NCBI RefSeq assembly: GCF_000150275.1
Contig: NW_002060945.1
Span: forward strand, 8,386,011 to 8,450,010
DNA length: 64,000 nucleotides
Direction of reading: 5' to 3'
Source of the DNA: Trichoplax adhaerens
Taxonomy: Eukaryota > Animalia > Placozoa
The position numbers and the translations under genes were made by a program. The notes beneath the pieces are model-generated. The model was not told the origin of the DNA, did not search any database, and saw nothing but the letters and a program-made list of their open reading frames with translations. How positions within the stretch are numbered: the stretch's first letter is position 1; the number at the start of each line of letters is the position of its first letter. This document shows positions 30,384 to 57,551 of this stretch, in pieces.

Positions 30384-33300
30384 TTAGAGCGATCTATATA
30401 TCCGTGTAAGAGTTCAATTGAATAACGAAGCACTTTTACAACCCTAAGTAATACACATTGTAGCGTTTTAAATTATTATGCTAAGATCAGTAACATTGCA
30501 ACATTAAAACCAAATTGAAATAAATCTCCATACACGCAGGCATCTATTTATGCTGACAGTAAATATCGATAATTTTCATAATATAGTGTCTACCGTAGTG
30601 TCTACTTGTAGAAATTCTTTGGTATAAGTCCAGGTACTATAACCTTTGCTAAGATTGCGGCATAAAGTATAGAGCATCAAAAAATAGGAAAACTACATCG
30701 CACTTCGTAAACAGCTGTCTGATATATCAGGGACAGACTACAACTAGATGACTCTTCAATATATTTACAATAGCATTCCAAGTCAGTAATTTTAATGATT
30801 TTGTCTTATTTTCTCTTCGTTATATTCAATGCTTAATTACAATAATTACAGATATTGAATTATGTTCATTGATTAAAAATATAGCTTCTAGCTTAAAAAA
30901 ATGAGATACTTTCACTATCAATATTAACTAACGTTTCGATATTTGGAGCTAGTTTTATTAATTTTATGAATGTCCATTGCGCATTGAAAGTTAAGGTTAT
31001 GAGAAAAAAATAATAATTCTTCTGTAAAAGTGGGTGTTTTGCAGCTAAGTTTTCCAATTGAAATGAAATAAGTGAGAAGATTGACTAATTAACTGACTAA
31101 TTAAAAGAAATTTCTTACCATTAAACTTAGGAATAAGAGTTGTCTTTCCGGTGAATACAAAGATATAAATAAGCTTTACGTTAAATTTTACGGCAATATA
31201 TTCCAGCGAACGAACTACCGAAAACCCCGATTGTATGATTCTCTAGCGAAGATTACTGTGTGTAAAAAGAATTTGATGGAATTTAATGCGATACAATATC
31301 CCATAAAGAAATATTCGTCAATGTTTCTAGAAGACTATAATGATTTAGTGCGATATTGTACTGCATAAATAAATAACTATCATTACATTGTATTCGCTTT
31401 TCTACTATTTTCATTTGTTTATAAAAGGGGTATAGACCTTAAAATTTTCTTTTGATCCGCTAACAAAAACGAAGGGGAAAACGCCGCCTTTATTTTACCT
31501 ATTTAATGTGATAGAACCAAACAAAGATGGACACTATAGTAAAAGTATTGCATTTCTTGGAAAACTTACTCATTATCCATACCAAAAGGTACAGGGAATT
31601 TATTTCTAGATTAAAATAAATAATAGTAGCTAGCTCGATCATAATTATAATTCTATGCTAAATACATTAGTCACGGATATATGAAATAAATTCTTGATAT
31701 TTCGCATCCCAGCTACAATTCTGGTAAAGTATCAAATCATTTATACTGAATGCATTCTGTTAGGAAAATTGTGACCACTGTGAATTCTATGCGGTTAAAT
31801 TCTTTATGTTAAGCATGCCAACGCACGCCGCTAATTTTATAAGCTGTTTTATTTTACAATTACATTTTTTGTAAAAAAATGATATAAACTATTCTATAGA
31901 AACATTTCATTTATACTGCACGTACCAATAGATGTACTACATTTTATAAACCACTTAAGGAATAGCTCTGTATTATTGTGTAAAGCTATGATTAGATTTT
32001 ATAGAATGATAACTATTTCGCGGAAAATTCTTTATGACATATATAATAACAGATGTAGCACAGTAATGAACATTCTAAAAATTATCGAAGCAGTTGTGTA
32101 TTATAATTGTATTTGCGGAACAGCAGCTAAACAGTGGTAAAGAAAATTCTTCATACACATATTATATTTACTAAGATGCTCTAAATGTTGAAACTAGTAG
32201 GAGAAATTACAATATATTACGAATTTGCAGTTGCTGTTCTGTAAAAACAATTCTTCATATTAAAAATGCAAATGAATGGGTATACATGTATGTTAAAAAT
32301 TTGGGGAATTATTATAAATTATTACCACAATCAAGAGTAATTAATAGATCACCAAAACAAAGAGTTCTTCATTCTATGCATACCCAACACAGTATATGAG
32401 CATACTAAATATTAGCACTTATTAGTGAGAAATAATAAGCATATTTGCATTATTTTTACATTTTATATTAAAATATAGTGATGACTGTTCTATCGAGAAA
32501 AAATTCCGCATATTAGGCGTCAAATGAAGTCGTTTGTGAAAATTGGTAGAGACTATAATATTCTGTGAAGGAAATTTAGTTATATCATGTATATAACATA
32601 TGCCAATGAATGTATTACCGTACCGTATATCCTATTAACCATTTCAAAACTTTCACATTTATATATATTATGTGACGATAATGATTGCATTTCATAAAAA
32701 AATAAGTATGCATATAAGATAGCATGCAGCTATTGAATTTCAAATTGCAACGAAAATGCATAGGACTATATTTATTGCTACAAAATAAAATGTATTACTT
32801 TAATATAATCAGAATAAACAATAAAAATTAAATATCTTTATATAAAAATAAATTCAATTCACATTTTCTCATTACATATCACTTTGAAGACATAAAGGCT
32901 TTTATTTATATTGGACAGTCATTTAACTACGCTACCTTGAAGAACAACAAAAATATTGTTAACTTTATTATAATCACTCAAATACCATAAAACTCAACTA
33001 TCGTGACGTAAGTAGTTAGGTGATTAATAATATATATATAAATAATTAGCATGATGGATTAATATTCTAATGTAGTAGGCTATTTCAAGTCTACGGATAA
33101 ATTCTGGCGTTCTTAATTAGGTAAATATCTTCATATTCAATTTTGCAAATCAGAATATGTTGTAAAAATCGTGACAAAATCAACCATAACATTGTATGCG
33201 GTTACTTTTCAAGCAAAACTAGTTTATAGAATCAGTAAATCCCTTAGATCATTAAAATAGCTCTCTCACTATTAGTATAAAATCCTTCTTAGCATATCAT

Positions 33301-36300
33301 CTATTCCTCTTATTAATTCGAAATTGCTATAAGTTAAGACTCTTTTATTTAGTAATTCAACTTAATTTTAAATTGAATTAGAATGATTAAGTTATGCATG
33401 CAATATAGGCTCAATTGCCAGACAGATCCTATAACTCTTAAAAATTTTTAATGTCTTACTCAGCCTTGTTGGCAAACTGAGATTGAATGATCAAATTCTA
33501 CATCAGATGTAGACTATTATGAGATGTTAAATTCTTAACGATTATCATCAGTTAACAGTCTACTCAAAGTGCTATATCGTTCAAATTTAAGAATTAAATA
33601 CAGATTATTACGGATAAATTCTAAATTAGTATCAGCTAAAGTTCTTTCAATCCGTAACTCAATTTATTTGACAATCACAGTGACACGTGTAATTTCTATC
33701 TTTGATGAAGATGATCATGAAAAAACCTTCTATGGGCAATTAACTCCATTACGATTAATAGAGCTGCAATTGTATTTTTATATGAAGCTGAAATGGACAA
33801 TTACGAGCTAAATTCTTCCAATTTGTGCGAAAATAAATTTCCCTTCGGGCTTCAAAATGGAATAATTATAATTTTTACATCCAATATAGATATATATAAA
33901 ACTATTTAGGGTAATCTCTGTAACAGAAATTTTACTATGATGGATTACTGTCTGCTTATTAATAAATTTCGGCCATTGCCATTCATTGTAAATGCACAAC
34001 AGCGTCATATCACATATTTTTAACTGCCGTGACAGATTGTAATTATTGTAATTTATTAATTATAATATTCCAGTCTACCATCATTCATACATCTGGAAAA
34101 AGATATGAATTTTTTTTAAGTCTATAATTTAATTCGAAAGGTAACTGTCTTTACCTAATACCGTATTTTTTCAGTTACTTACTAGAAATCAAGAATTTCA
34201 AAACGAATAAATTCTGGAGGCTGTTTAGACTTTCAGTTTCTTGAATAATTCTAATTTTCATTAACTATATTGTGACCAGACAATACAACTTCGCAACATG
34301 AGATAAACTAGTTCCTGCATATGCCTACAAAGGGATATAATAATAATGATGATGTTAAAGTACGTTCTATTAAAATTAAATTCGTTTTATAAGTTAGACG
34401 ATTGTCTAAATCGAAACCATTAATGCACAATGCTGCTTAGTTACACAAGATAATGTTGCTTACCTAAAGCGATCATAAAATAGATTAGTAAGATAAATTC
34501 TACCAAAGTTTCATTAATTTCCATAAATAATGAAATTTATTTATAATTAAATCACACGATAACCAAAAAATATTTCAATTTTAAGCTCTCAATACATTTT
34601 TTAAGCGCGGAAATAAAAGCAAGTAAATTGGTGTCGTGAACTTCATTAAAATTTCATTAATTCAACGCCTAAATAAGAGTGGCTGCTTATAAATAAAAAA
34701 GCACAATAACCCCCCAAATACCATTTCTATTCCATGTATTAAATACACATTTTCAAAATTGAAAAGAAAATTTTCAGATCTCTTTAAACCTTGGGTCTTA
34801 GATGTATAGGTTAAATTTAAAACCCGAAATACAGTTATTGTGCATAACAATCATTTAACACGAATAATAGTTGATCAATGCAAGTATTATTCGAATTTGA
34901 ATCGTAACATATCTATGTAAACATTATGTCACCACTTACACACCTGGTCTTACTAGCGTTGCTATGTTTGAATGTTACGTGGCTAATGTAAGTACCAAGT
35001 AGATCCATGAATTTTAATATTCACATCATATTCTCTTTATGGATAAATTTTTGATTTATAGAAGAGAAGGAAGCTCATGTTTTTAACTTTATATTATGAT
35101 GGTTATGCTATAAATTTAATCTCATATATAAAAAATTAATATATGAAGAATTGATTATAGCCCAAGGTGGATGAATAAGATGATTATTTATGAGTCTATA
35201 TTATTCTTAGCGGCATAAGAAAGTGCTCCAGGAGCGGTTTATTATGGAATGAATTCATTTATAGACTGAGAACAAGACTAGAAAATATAGTTTATATATT
35301 TTTACTTCTGAAATGATTTTAGTAATTACGTCATGATTTCAAATACCTCACAGAATAAACTGTACCTTTTCAGTAGCATGATCTTATCGGACTGACTTTA
35401 TTTACAGATACGGAGTTTAAGATTTACTATAGCAAAGTAGACTTTGATTTTATTATAAAGATGACTACTAATATCCTGATACAGTATGAGAAATAAGTCA
35501 TAATACCAGTAATCTAAAACTACGGAGTAGAAAATTAACATTTTAAATAAAACGATCTCACATAACAAAGTCGCTACGATAGCAGTAGCACAAAATTTGA
35601 ACTAATGAAATTATGCTCTTAGCTTTTTCTGTATTTGGAAATCTTCTACTTTTAGAATTCTAGCTTAATTATGTCTGATTATTAATTTAGATACGATAAA
35701 TTCCATTTAAACTGATAGTTGGAGCTGGAAAAATATGTTCTTGAGTGATTTGGATTCAGATATTGTTATTGTATAGGGCTAAAAGATTTATTACTATTAC
35801 TTTAGCAATGATTTAAATGATTTAATCAGGATATAATGAGTCAGCTACCTTGACTTACATTTTGAGTACATGCTACCATTTATCCTTATGAATTAACCTA
35901 ATACGCTCGTAGTAAGCTTCTGCTAGGTCTACCTTCAACATATTATGTCGTATCACTATACGACAAGCAGTTTTAGCATACGAATACATGCAGAACGAAT
36001 ATAAGGGATTAGCATTAGTAGTAGGAACTGAAATAATTTGTATATAGATATTGCTGTAAAGACATTTTGACAAAGTTTAAAGATAATCCGATTTTTTAAA
36101 CATAAAATCTGCTCATAACTTATTTTATCTTATTTCCTTCTTCGATATTACAGTAAGAAACTGCATGTAGTCTAGAGAGCCAAACAATTTAATAAAAGTA
36201 ACGATTTCTAAGTCATGCTGTCTTTACAGAAAGATATAGACATCACGCCTCTCTTTTAGAAATACTTAGTCTAAGGTAAATATTAAGATCTGTAAGCAGA

Positions 36301-39300
36301 TACTACCAAAAATAAATCTGAAAAGCATTTGAGGAATATAAAGGAATCCTATAGATTTTTAACATACTATGTTGATATATTACTATCAACTATCCTGTTG
36401 GGTGGCAATTAACGTCACCAATACTGACGTTTTCCCTTAGATGAATCTCAGTCAAGTCAGGAGGTTGTTAATCCTCATAGTTTAGATATTGAAACTTTCT
36501 ATTTGATAGATCACTTTATAAAATGATTCGGTTATGAATTACTAGATTTAGTAGTAAATCTGGTAATCATTTGTCATAATTTACACATATGGCAAGATTT
36601 ATAAAGATATCTAGTACGATAATACTAATTTACGTTATTTTTCTTGAAATCTTTAATTTCTTTGCAACTAAACCTCGACAATTCGGTTTCTCCTTAAAAT
36701 TCCACAGACTACCGTGCTTAACAATTAACGACCTTTCTTTCAAGAGATAATACAGTACGCTTCTTACACAACTGCTACCTTATTCTGAATAGATTTCTGC
36801 AGCTAATTCTACGATTCACTAGTGTTAATTTTGATTTTAATAAACCGGCGAAACTAGCTATATTACAGCATCAAATATATCTAAGAATAACATTGTTTAA
36901 TTGTACGAAAATAGATGAATTGAACGTGAGATTATAAGGCTGTATAAGTGTCTATTTGTAGAAGAAGATTGCAATATGTATTGTAGCAAGTCTATTGAGA
37001 TGTTTGTATCAAAATCCCGAGACATAAATAGATTGCGTTAGGTATGTTAGTACTGTGAGATTTTTGTTGTGACGCTTAAATTAAAAGCGTGAATTATAAA
37101 TTGATGGTGCGATAGTAAATTGAGGTGTGATTTTGTGACTTAGTTGGCAAGATATGATTATGTTGAAGGAAAATCATCCTGTAGCTAATTGTATATGAAT
37201 TGTCGTTATTTGCTATAATAATTTAGATAGTAAAGAGCTAGTCCAAAGATAGTCTTTATAGTAGTTAGACGAGCCTAATTTGTACAATAAAGTAAAAGTT
37301 ACAAGAAAACTGTAGTTCTTAATTTATTTTTGGTAAGACACTTTATTACACTATCATATACGGGTGTGTTATATAATTACTAGATATACAATGCATGTTC
37401 GTATTTCAGACCATTAGATGTTCATGTTTTTCTTTTATTTGATACAAATTAATTTTCTTTTGCTTGTATATATAATTATCACCTTAATATCTATAGTAAT
37501 TTGATTCAGTCGCAATGATTTACATACATAGATCATTAAAACTACCACATCATTAACTGTAGATTATCGTGACATCGATGCTCTAGTTTTTCGTTGTAGT
37601 AATAGGTTTTAGGTCTATAAAATGCATAGGAGCAATAGACCATAACGGACCTTGTGACCCTAATGATGCATATATTTAAGCCATCTATTCAGTATATCCT
37701 TAATATAAATCTTTTCGATGTTCGCCTATAGCACAAACCCTAGATTCGTAAAATGAACATGAGTATTAGGTTTGAGCTCTAGACCGTCCTTTTGTAATCG
37801 CATCCTATAAACGACTTAATATACTCGTGCTTTTTAATTTCTACTTCTTGAATACAGCAACGAATGCTTTTGTAAATTACCCACTCCAGAGTGTTGCCAG
37901 AAATTACTTGCATTAAGAAAACTATGATTATGTCAGCAAAATTAAGCAAATTAAAAAAACATTGGCCTTTAAATGTTATGTATCCGGTAAAAATCCTCCA
38001 TTAAGGTATTCGGTCACATCAAATGACCCTTTAGAAGCTGCTTATATTACTTCAATTATGACTCTATTCAAACAAATTAAAAGTAAATCAATAAATGATC
38101 AGCTGTTATATTATCAGGCAACTTTTCATTCTATCAACACTCTTTAACATTGATCTTATTGTCTATTATAGACAAAAAAGCTATAAATGTTTTGAAAATG
38201 GCAATATGTGCAATTAGCAGTCCAGAGTTTGATTGTAAGTTTATTTAATAGCTTACTTGATATCTTACGACTAAACTAGTATAATAACTATTATTTATAA
38301 TTTTATCATTATGATTTATTAATACAATGCATATCCGTTATGATATTCTGCCGTTAAAGACTAGCAGTATTATTGACACTTTAATATTAAAATTTAAAAG
38401 TATCCTATTAAGTTTACTTGAATAAGATTGATACAATGGCAGTATTTGGCCGTAGTAATAATATGGCTATTATGCCTAATAGTCGGAATTCGGGCTTTAG
38501 CCCTAACAGTAACACTTTTATACTATTACCATTTCGATATCAGTAAGATAACGTCTAATAACATGCACTAAACTATTTCTTAAATCAAACCGAAATTTGC
38601 GTTGTTGTTATTACAACCTTAAATTGGAGTAGCATGCGATAATCTCGACGTGATTATTTTAAACTAGGCGGAATCAGGCTGTATTATAATACTCACTATT
38701 CTATATTATAGCTATCGCAATCTTCAACCTGACACCATTTGTATAGCCCATTACTGTACAATTTTTATATTGAACTGTTGTGGATTATACTAGCAATAGT
38801 GATAGATAGCTATATCATATTACTATTTCAATTTCAAATTTGATAGGTACATCGGCTTTTACTAATTATTGTTAAGCTAGGGCAGGTATAGTTTATACAA
38901 GCAGTATTTCTTTCTCTGTAGATATTTTGCTTTAGCCTTGATAGCATCGAATAGCCTCTAGTGAATTACCAATTTAAACCAACTGCTATGGTTTATAATA
39001 ACGAAAGGTTAAACCTCATGTTAGTAACATTGCGAAAATAAACTTGGTGATCTTCCAAAATATTAACATTTAGTTACTTAATTGGAAAGCAAGACTGTTC
39101 TATTTTGTAATAGTACTGTAGTAATTACAACTACACAAACCTCATTAAAGTAGTGACAGAAGGTATTTCAGTTACTTCTAAATTTACTTAGATCAAAATC
39201 GTAATGTCTTAACAGACAATCTAACGGTAGGCTTTCACTAAGCATCATTAGGTTAAATCTAACAGCATTAGAGACTGAAAATATCTAAGCCTTTCTTTAT

Positions 39301-39951
39301 TAATCCACTACAGTATAGCTGTGGCATATTAAATATCGTTATACGAGTAGTATACTAGGAAGCATCGTCCTTTGACAATTTTATAAAATTTTAATCATAT
39401 ATAACTTCATATCAGCGCAACATAAATTCTAGCATTTAATATTTGCTTTGCAAATATCATCCAAAGTATTTGGAAATGCTCCTTTTTAATTTTTCAATTG
39501 AATAGTGACGAAACAAATGTAATAATTCAGACTTTGTTTTGTTTGAAAAGGGAAGTAAAATTGATTAGAAGTATTCTTTATCGTCATATTCTTTTTCATC
39601 CTATTTTGGGCAATCATCAAAAGATCCAGACATATTTTAAATCTACGTGTACTGCATCCATAAGATATCATCAAGAAAAAACGATTTGTATTTATGTTAA
39701 AGGCATAATGATAGTATATTCTTGGTATTATTATTCATTTATAGAATTTCATATTCAAAAATGTTCAGATAGAGCCTGATTTTAAGACAGTATTCTCCAA
39801 AAAAAACGTTATAAATTACGACACCAAGGTGGTCCAAAATATTCACTTATTCTTTAAATAAAGAAGTATGTATACAACAATGAAAATTCCTATTTTAATC
39901 TTGGCGACGCTTACCATAAAACTGCACACATGATGTCCCTTAATGTATTCA

Positions 39952-52478
<12,527 letters not shown>

Positions 52479-53964
52479 AGTCAATCCATGGATAGGTATT
52501 ATATTATCAAGTTAAGTTAAAAGTCAATCATACCATCCTATCCAAAGTTATAACTCGATGATTAAGTTTAACTTTAATTGAAGCTTTCAATTATTGGCAA
52601 GATAAATTTATGGTAAACTATCAAATGCAGTATATTAAAGCAGTCATCTATTAATCTTCAATAACTGGAATCAATCAATTTGCTGTGGCTATTTTATAAG
52701 GATTATCACATTAAAAAATTGCCTCAATAACATAATTATCATTATTAAAGCATATTAAATTAGTTGGCTATTATATATTGTCATATAATTTTTCCATAAC
52801 AATAACTACCAATCATAATAATTGCAACCTTCATTAAGGATAACAATCAGTGAAATCATGTTTATATTATAGAAAATGACGGATCAGATCTGATAGCATA
52901 CTGTCAATGGAAGTGTGGAAGGTTAATCAAGAAAATACTACAATGCGGCCGCAAGCGATGACTGAAACAATTCATTCCGTGACAAAACTATACTTTGCTA
53001 TTGTGATGGATTAGTAGGCCAGTGGATAATTCTTGATTAATATTTATAAATCTAATAAGAATGCAATGTGTTGTTATGTAGATCATCGTTGATATTATTC
53101 TACGTACTGAAATGCATGTGTATATGCGTAGATCATTATATCAAAGTCTTACGTACATTGTTAATTAACTCTAAATGATCGAATAATCTCAAGATCTGAT
53201 TTTGTATGGTGTAATGTATTTATTTCTGCGTTTATATCCCATTTCTTTTACAACAATGTGGATAATCTGAGAAGCACATGAGGTCATTTTATACCTCTGT
53301 TACAAAGAATATCTTACCTTGAGTAATTGCTATAATTCCAATGATCCATTATATAGTAAGTTCTCCATACTTGTCACGCAGGGCTGGATAGTGTATAGTG
53401 TAAGTTTATGCTCTAGGTGTGATATATACCGATTTTCATTTGTATCTATTGTTGATTTACACATATAATCAGCCATTATAGGGATTATTTTAAAGTAATG
53501 CCTTTTACACTGTTCATTCTCAACTCTATTTTGTATTGTAATAGCTAGATAATATTTTACTAAATCGAAATTATTCCATTATTCGACGTTTATTCATTTT
53601 ATTAATTTTATTTCAGTCATCGTTAGACATACGCGTTGACATGCTTTGATTTACGTTGGAGAGTTTCTTATTACACTATGACATTAAGTAGCTCAAAGTG
53701 AAATACGAATTAATGAAAGCTCTCTGTACTCGTAACTCCATTTAGAGCCTACTTGAACAGTTACTACGTGTTATTATGTATATGTGAGAGTCTGCAGTGT
53801 ATATATATACAACGCGTTGAGAAATACGCATACAGTAGAGATGCAGCATAATCAAACAGCATGAGTCATCAATGATGTGATATAAAGCAACAGGATTGCA
53901 ACGATCTAAAAAGGGATTATTGATATTGCTTTCTGAAAAGAGTGCAATCAAGAGACTGAATAAG

Positions 53965-54350
53965 GATACTAGCTAATTGAAGTTCATCTACAGGTGACTT
54001 TTTTCTACTAAGCCTTTAATCATTACCGGTAGAAGAATACTAGCTTTAAAGGAATAATGTCTAGTGTATGTGTAATTTAAGATTTTAACTATCCAAAGCT
54101 TAGTGAAGCTCATTCACCTATGATTTCTTTCTACTAAGCCGTTAATCGCTACTGGTACTAGAATACTAGCTTGAACGGAACGAGGTCTAATGTAAATGGA
54201 AGATTGTAACTATCCGAAGAGGATTATTGATCTTGATTGAACTAGGTTACTAGCTTATTGAAGTCCATCCACTGATAATTTCTTTCTACTAAGTCTTTAA
54301 TCGTTACTGATAGGAGAATAGAATCTTGAATGAGACAATGTCTAATGTAT
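53965..54350. repeat. Diverged ~130-150-bp tandem repeat, 3 copies, upstream of ABCC paralog A
   Basis: tgaag..cat...tttctactaagc..ttaatc..tac.g..a..agaata...gtcta.tgta occurs at ~53978, ~54105 and ~54258. Confidence 0.85.
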
Positions 54351-56816
54351 ATGGTTCTTATTAGAACCTACTATAGCAAACTTAGAACTTCCAGACTAAG
54401 ATCCGATCGAAGACGTCTCTGGTCTATGCTGGAAGTCATGGAATTCTATAGTACTAAGATATGACCATATCGAATCAAATTTTGAACACTAATTAATTGT
54501 TAATATCTACGTAGAGTTTTAGAAATGTACCGATGAGTGAAATGAATGGTAATATGAGCTAAACTTAATATTGCCTGTAGGGTACTTAAGCAAGCTGGTG
54601 AACATCTTGTGATTGGTGAGTCGTGAGTAAAAACCATTCCTCAAAAAACACTATGATAAAGCACTGCCACGTTTTGAAGCTTCTGTAGAATTCTTGTGTA
54701 GTACATGACTTATCACTGTTACTACATTATAATATTTATGAACTTGAATATAGCATTTATCGCTCTGAAAATCTTGTAAAACTCTTCAACAAATTGTATT
54801 TAATCGCAACAGTTAGACAGTAAAAAAATTTTCGCGGCATTAGCTAGTCTACTTTAAACTTCTACAAAATTCCCCTAGGGCAAGATACAATGGTCTAATA
54901 GCGTAGAAAACTAGAAATATCATTTGCATTGCTAGATTAAATCAATAGTGCCGTTCGCTATGGTAATTTTCCTTGCTATCACGATATCTCACTTAGGTAA
55001 TAGAGGGTATTGGACTGCCGTAGTACTGCAACTAATGTGTGCATGTCTTATTTTGATATCCCATGATAAGGCCCTCACGAGAGGCTTTACTACAGCATGT
55101 TGTCCACAGTTTAATATATACCAATTAGCATACATTAAAAGTCCATTATGACAACTATGACACTATAGTTGCATAATTAATTAAAGCAGAAAAATGTAGC
55201 ACAATAAGACCATGGGTGCATCTAGTATACATAGACAAGATAATACTATGAGCAAACTTACTTTGCACCGAAGGCTCAAACATACTGTATCGAGTGGATT
55301 TTTTCTTGCACGCCTGCTGAGATTTTGAAATATTCAGATAATCAAGATATTTCATCTGATTCTTCTAGGCTAATCCATCCGTTAAGTTCAGCCGCGATTC
55401 CTTCCTTTCTTCTTTGCTAAATCTGCTAACTATTGATTAAAACTAGTGCTGTACATGGTGAGTCATCCGATAGAAGTTTGCTACGGTAGGGTATACAACG
55501 AGACGGTTTCTACACAATTTCAGCTGCCACTGATATAGACTAGAGTGAATTAAACTGGTAAAATTTCTACTACTAGACATTCTAATTACCATTGAACCAT
55601 AGGAGTAAAAGTATTGAATCATGATATCAATACTGAATCTAGATTAGAGACCAATCAGTAAGATTTAAGTCTCCAACCATTACTTACGGTCATTTTTCGC
55701 TTTCTTGCTTTCTGGATTATTACGATGCTATACTATGATACGTATCTGATTTTCTTCTTCTGAATGAATTATTTAATGAATATAAAATGTTACAAATTAA
55801 TTGAATGAATATATTTAGTAGAGATCTGATCATGACTCAATTCTTCGAAAAAATGAACCTAAAATACTGACTTTCATCTCTACCATCACATTGACTAGGG
55901 TTAACATCATTCTGAAATGGATGACCATCATCAAACTACAACGGTATAAAGCAAACTCTTGGCAAATGCAATTACAATAGAGGTAGCGGCAGGATCACCT
56001 GAAATAGGCATATTGGAATAAGTTGTTTCAACTACCCATTAAAATAAATGTTCACACTGCTTAAACTAACTCGGTCAATTAAGAGTCCTTTTGAACACAT
56101 CCGGAGCATATCATTACGACTAAGTTTCTTTTAAATATTTTCTTGGCGGTAGACTGCACTTGATGTAGCTACAATACGATAGATACTCGTATCTTCAATG
56201 AACAATCAACTGAAAACTCTTACTACTTAAAACACATGAATCGACTGGTTAAAAGAACTAAACAGTATTTATAAGCCCTTTCAATGAATATTCCCTTGGC
56301 TAGCCCCTTAGAAATAGCGATAACGAAGGAAATTACAATATACGTTTAATATCATACGAATCGTACACAATTAATAATTAATATCTAATAGACTCTACAA
56401 CACCGAAAATTGAAGAAAATGTATTGGCAATAAGAGTAAGATTACATTATGATTTTCACAGAGGTATCGATGGAATGCTATGCATATAATATAACACCAA
56501 CTACACAACTAATCAATCAATTGCCAGCAATCGATAGGTAGGTGTCTATCTATTCGATCAAAAATTTCAATCGAAAATCTCCACTTCAAAGTGTTACTAT
56601 ATCTACAGAATTATTCCAAAAGTTGAGGAGCAATTTCTAAACTTAAAAATTTTTATACTATTATTAATCGCTGTAGAGTATGATCTCAATCTTGTTGAAA
56701 AGCCACTAACGGTAATCTAGGAAATACCAATTATTCACATCACGTCTAGCGGTATTTATTAATATTGAATCATTATTTCACAAGTATTAAACATTTTCAA
56801 GCATAATCATAGCTAA

Positions 56817-57551
56817 ATGATGTTCGACTACACTATGTTCTACTCAATTATGGATTTGCGTCATTGTATTCATATCCAATATAAAGATTTACGTTGTGTT
56901 GGATTTCTGTTGAGCAAAGCAATTGGTTACGCCATTGTTGTTGGCTCTGCTGTTGTTAAATTGCCCCAATTGCATAAAATCTACAGCGCTAAAACAGTGA
57001 CAGGCATTAGCTTGCTTTCGTTATTATTGGCCTTAATTGGAATTACTATTAGTATGAGTTTCAATATCGCAATGCAGTATCCATTTAGTACCTGGGGTGA
57101 ATCGATGACTTTATCAGTTCAATATGCAATCATTATCATCTTTTACTTTTATTATACTAGAAATTTCACGTATCTTTTAACATTTCTGTTACTACATGCT
57201 GCATCGATAATTTACCTAACTATGGGCTATCTGAGTCAAGATAAATTAACGATGTTAGCAGTGGTTACCATACCAACTGCGCAAATTAGCAAAGCTATTC
57301 AAGTATTTGTCAATTTTCATCATGGTCATACTGGCGTCTTGTCGAAATTAACTATAGGTTTGGAATGTCTAGGCTCTATTGGCAGAATTTATACAACACT
57401 ATTGGAGACAGATAGTCTTATTCTTCTAGCAAATTTCTTGATTGATGCAGTGTGTAATACCACTTTATTCCTACAGATTATAATTTATCGAAAGAAAACA
57501 CAAAAAGTTCTATCTAGTCAACAAGCTACTACTAGTTATGAAAATATTTAA
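56817..57551 (+). CDS. MPDU1: Mannose-P-dolichol utilization defect 1 (PQ-loop protein), single exon, 244 aa
   Basis: LLSKAIGYAIVVGSAVVKLPQLHKIYSAKTVTGISL, YPFSTWGE, NFHHGHTGVLS and GSIGRIYTTLLET match MPDU1/Lec35 motifs. The ORF is uninterrupted. Confidence 0.88.
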   Translation: MMFDYTMFYSIMDLRHCIHIQYKDLRCVGFLLSKAIGYAIVVGSAVVKLPQLHKIYSAKTVTGISLLSLLLALIGITISMSFNIAMQYPFSTWGESMTLSVQYAIIIIFYFYYTRNFTYLLTFLLLHAASIIYLTMGYLSQDKLTMLAVVTIPTAQISKAIQVFVNFHHGHTGVLSKLTIGLECLGSIGRIYTTLLETDSLILLANFLIDAVCNTTLFLQIIIYRKKTQKVLSSQQATTSYENI

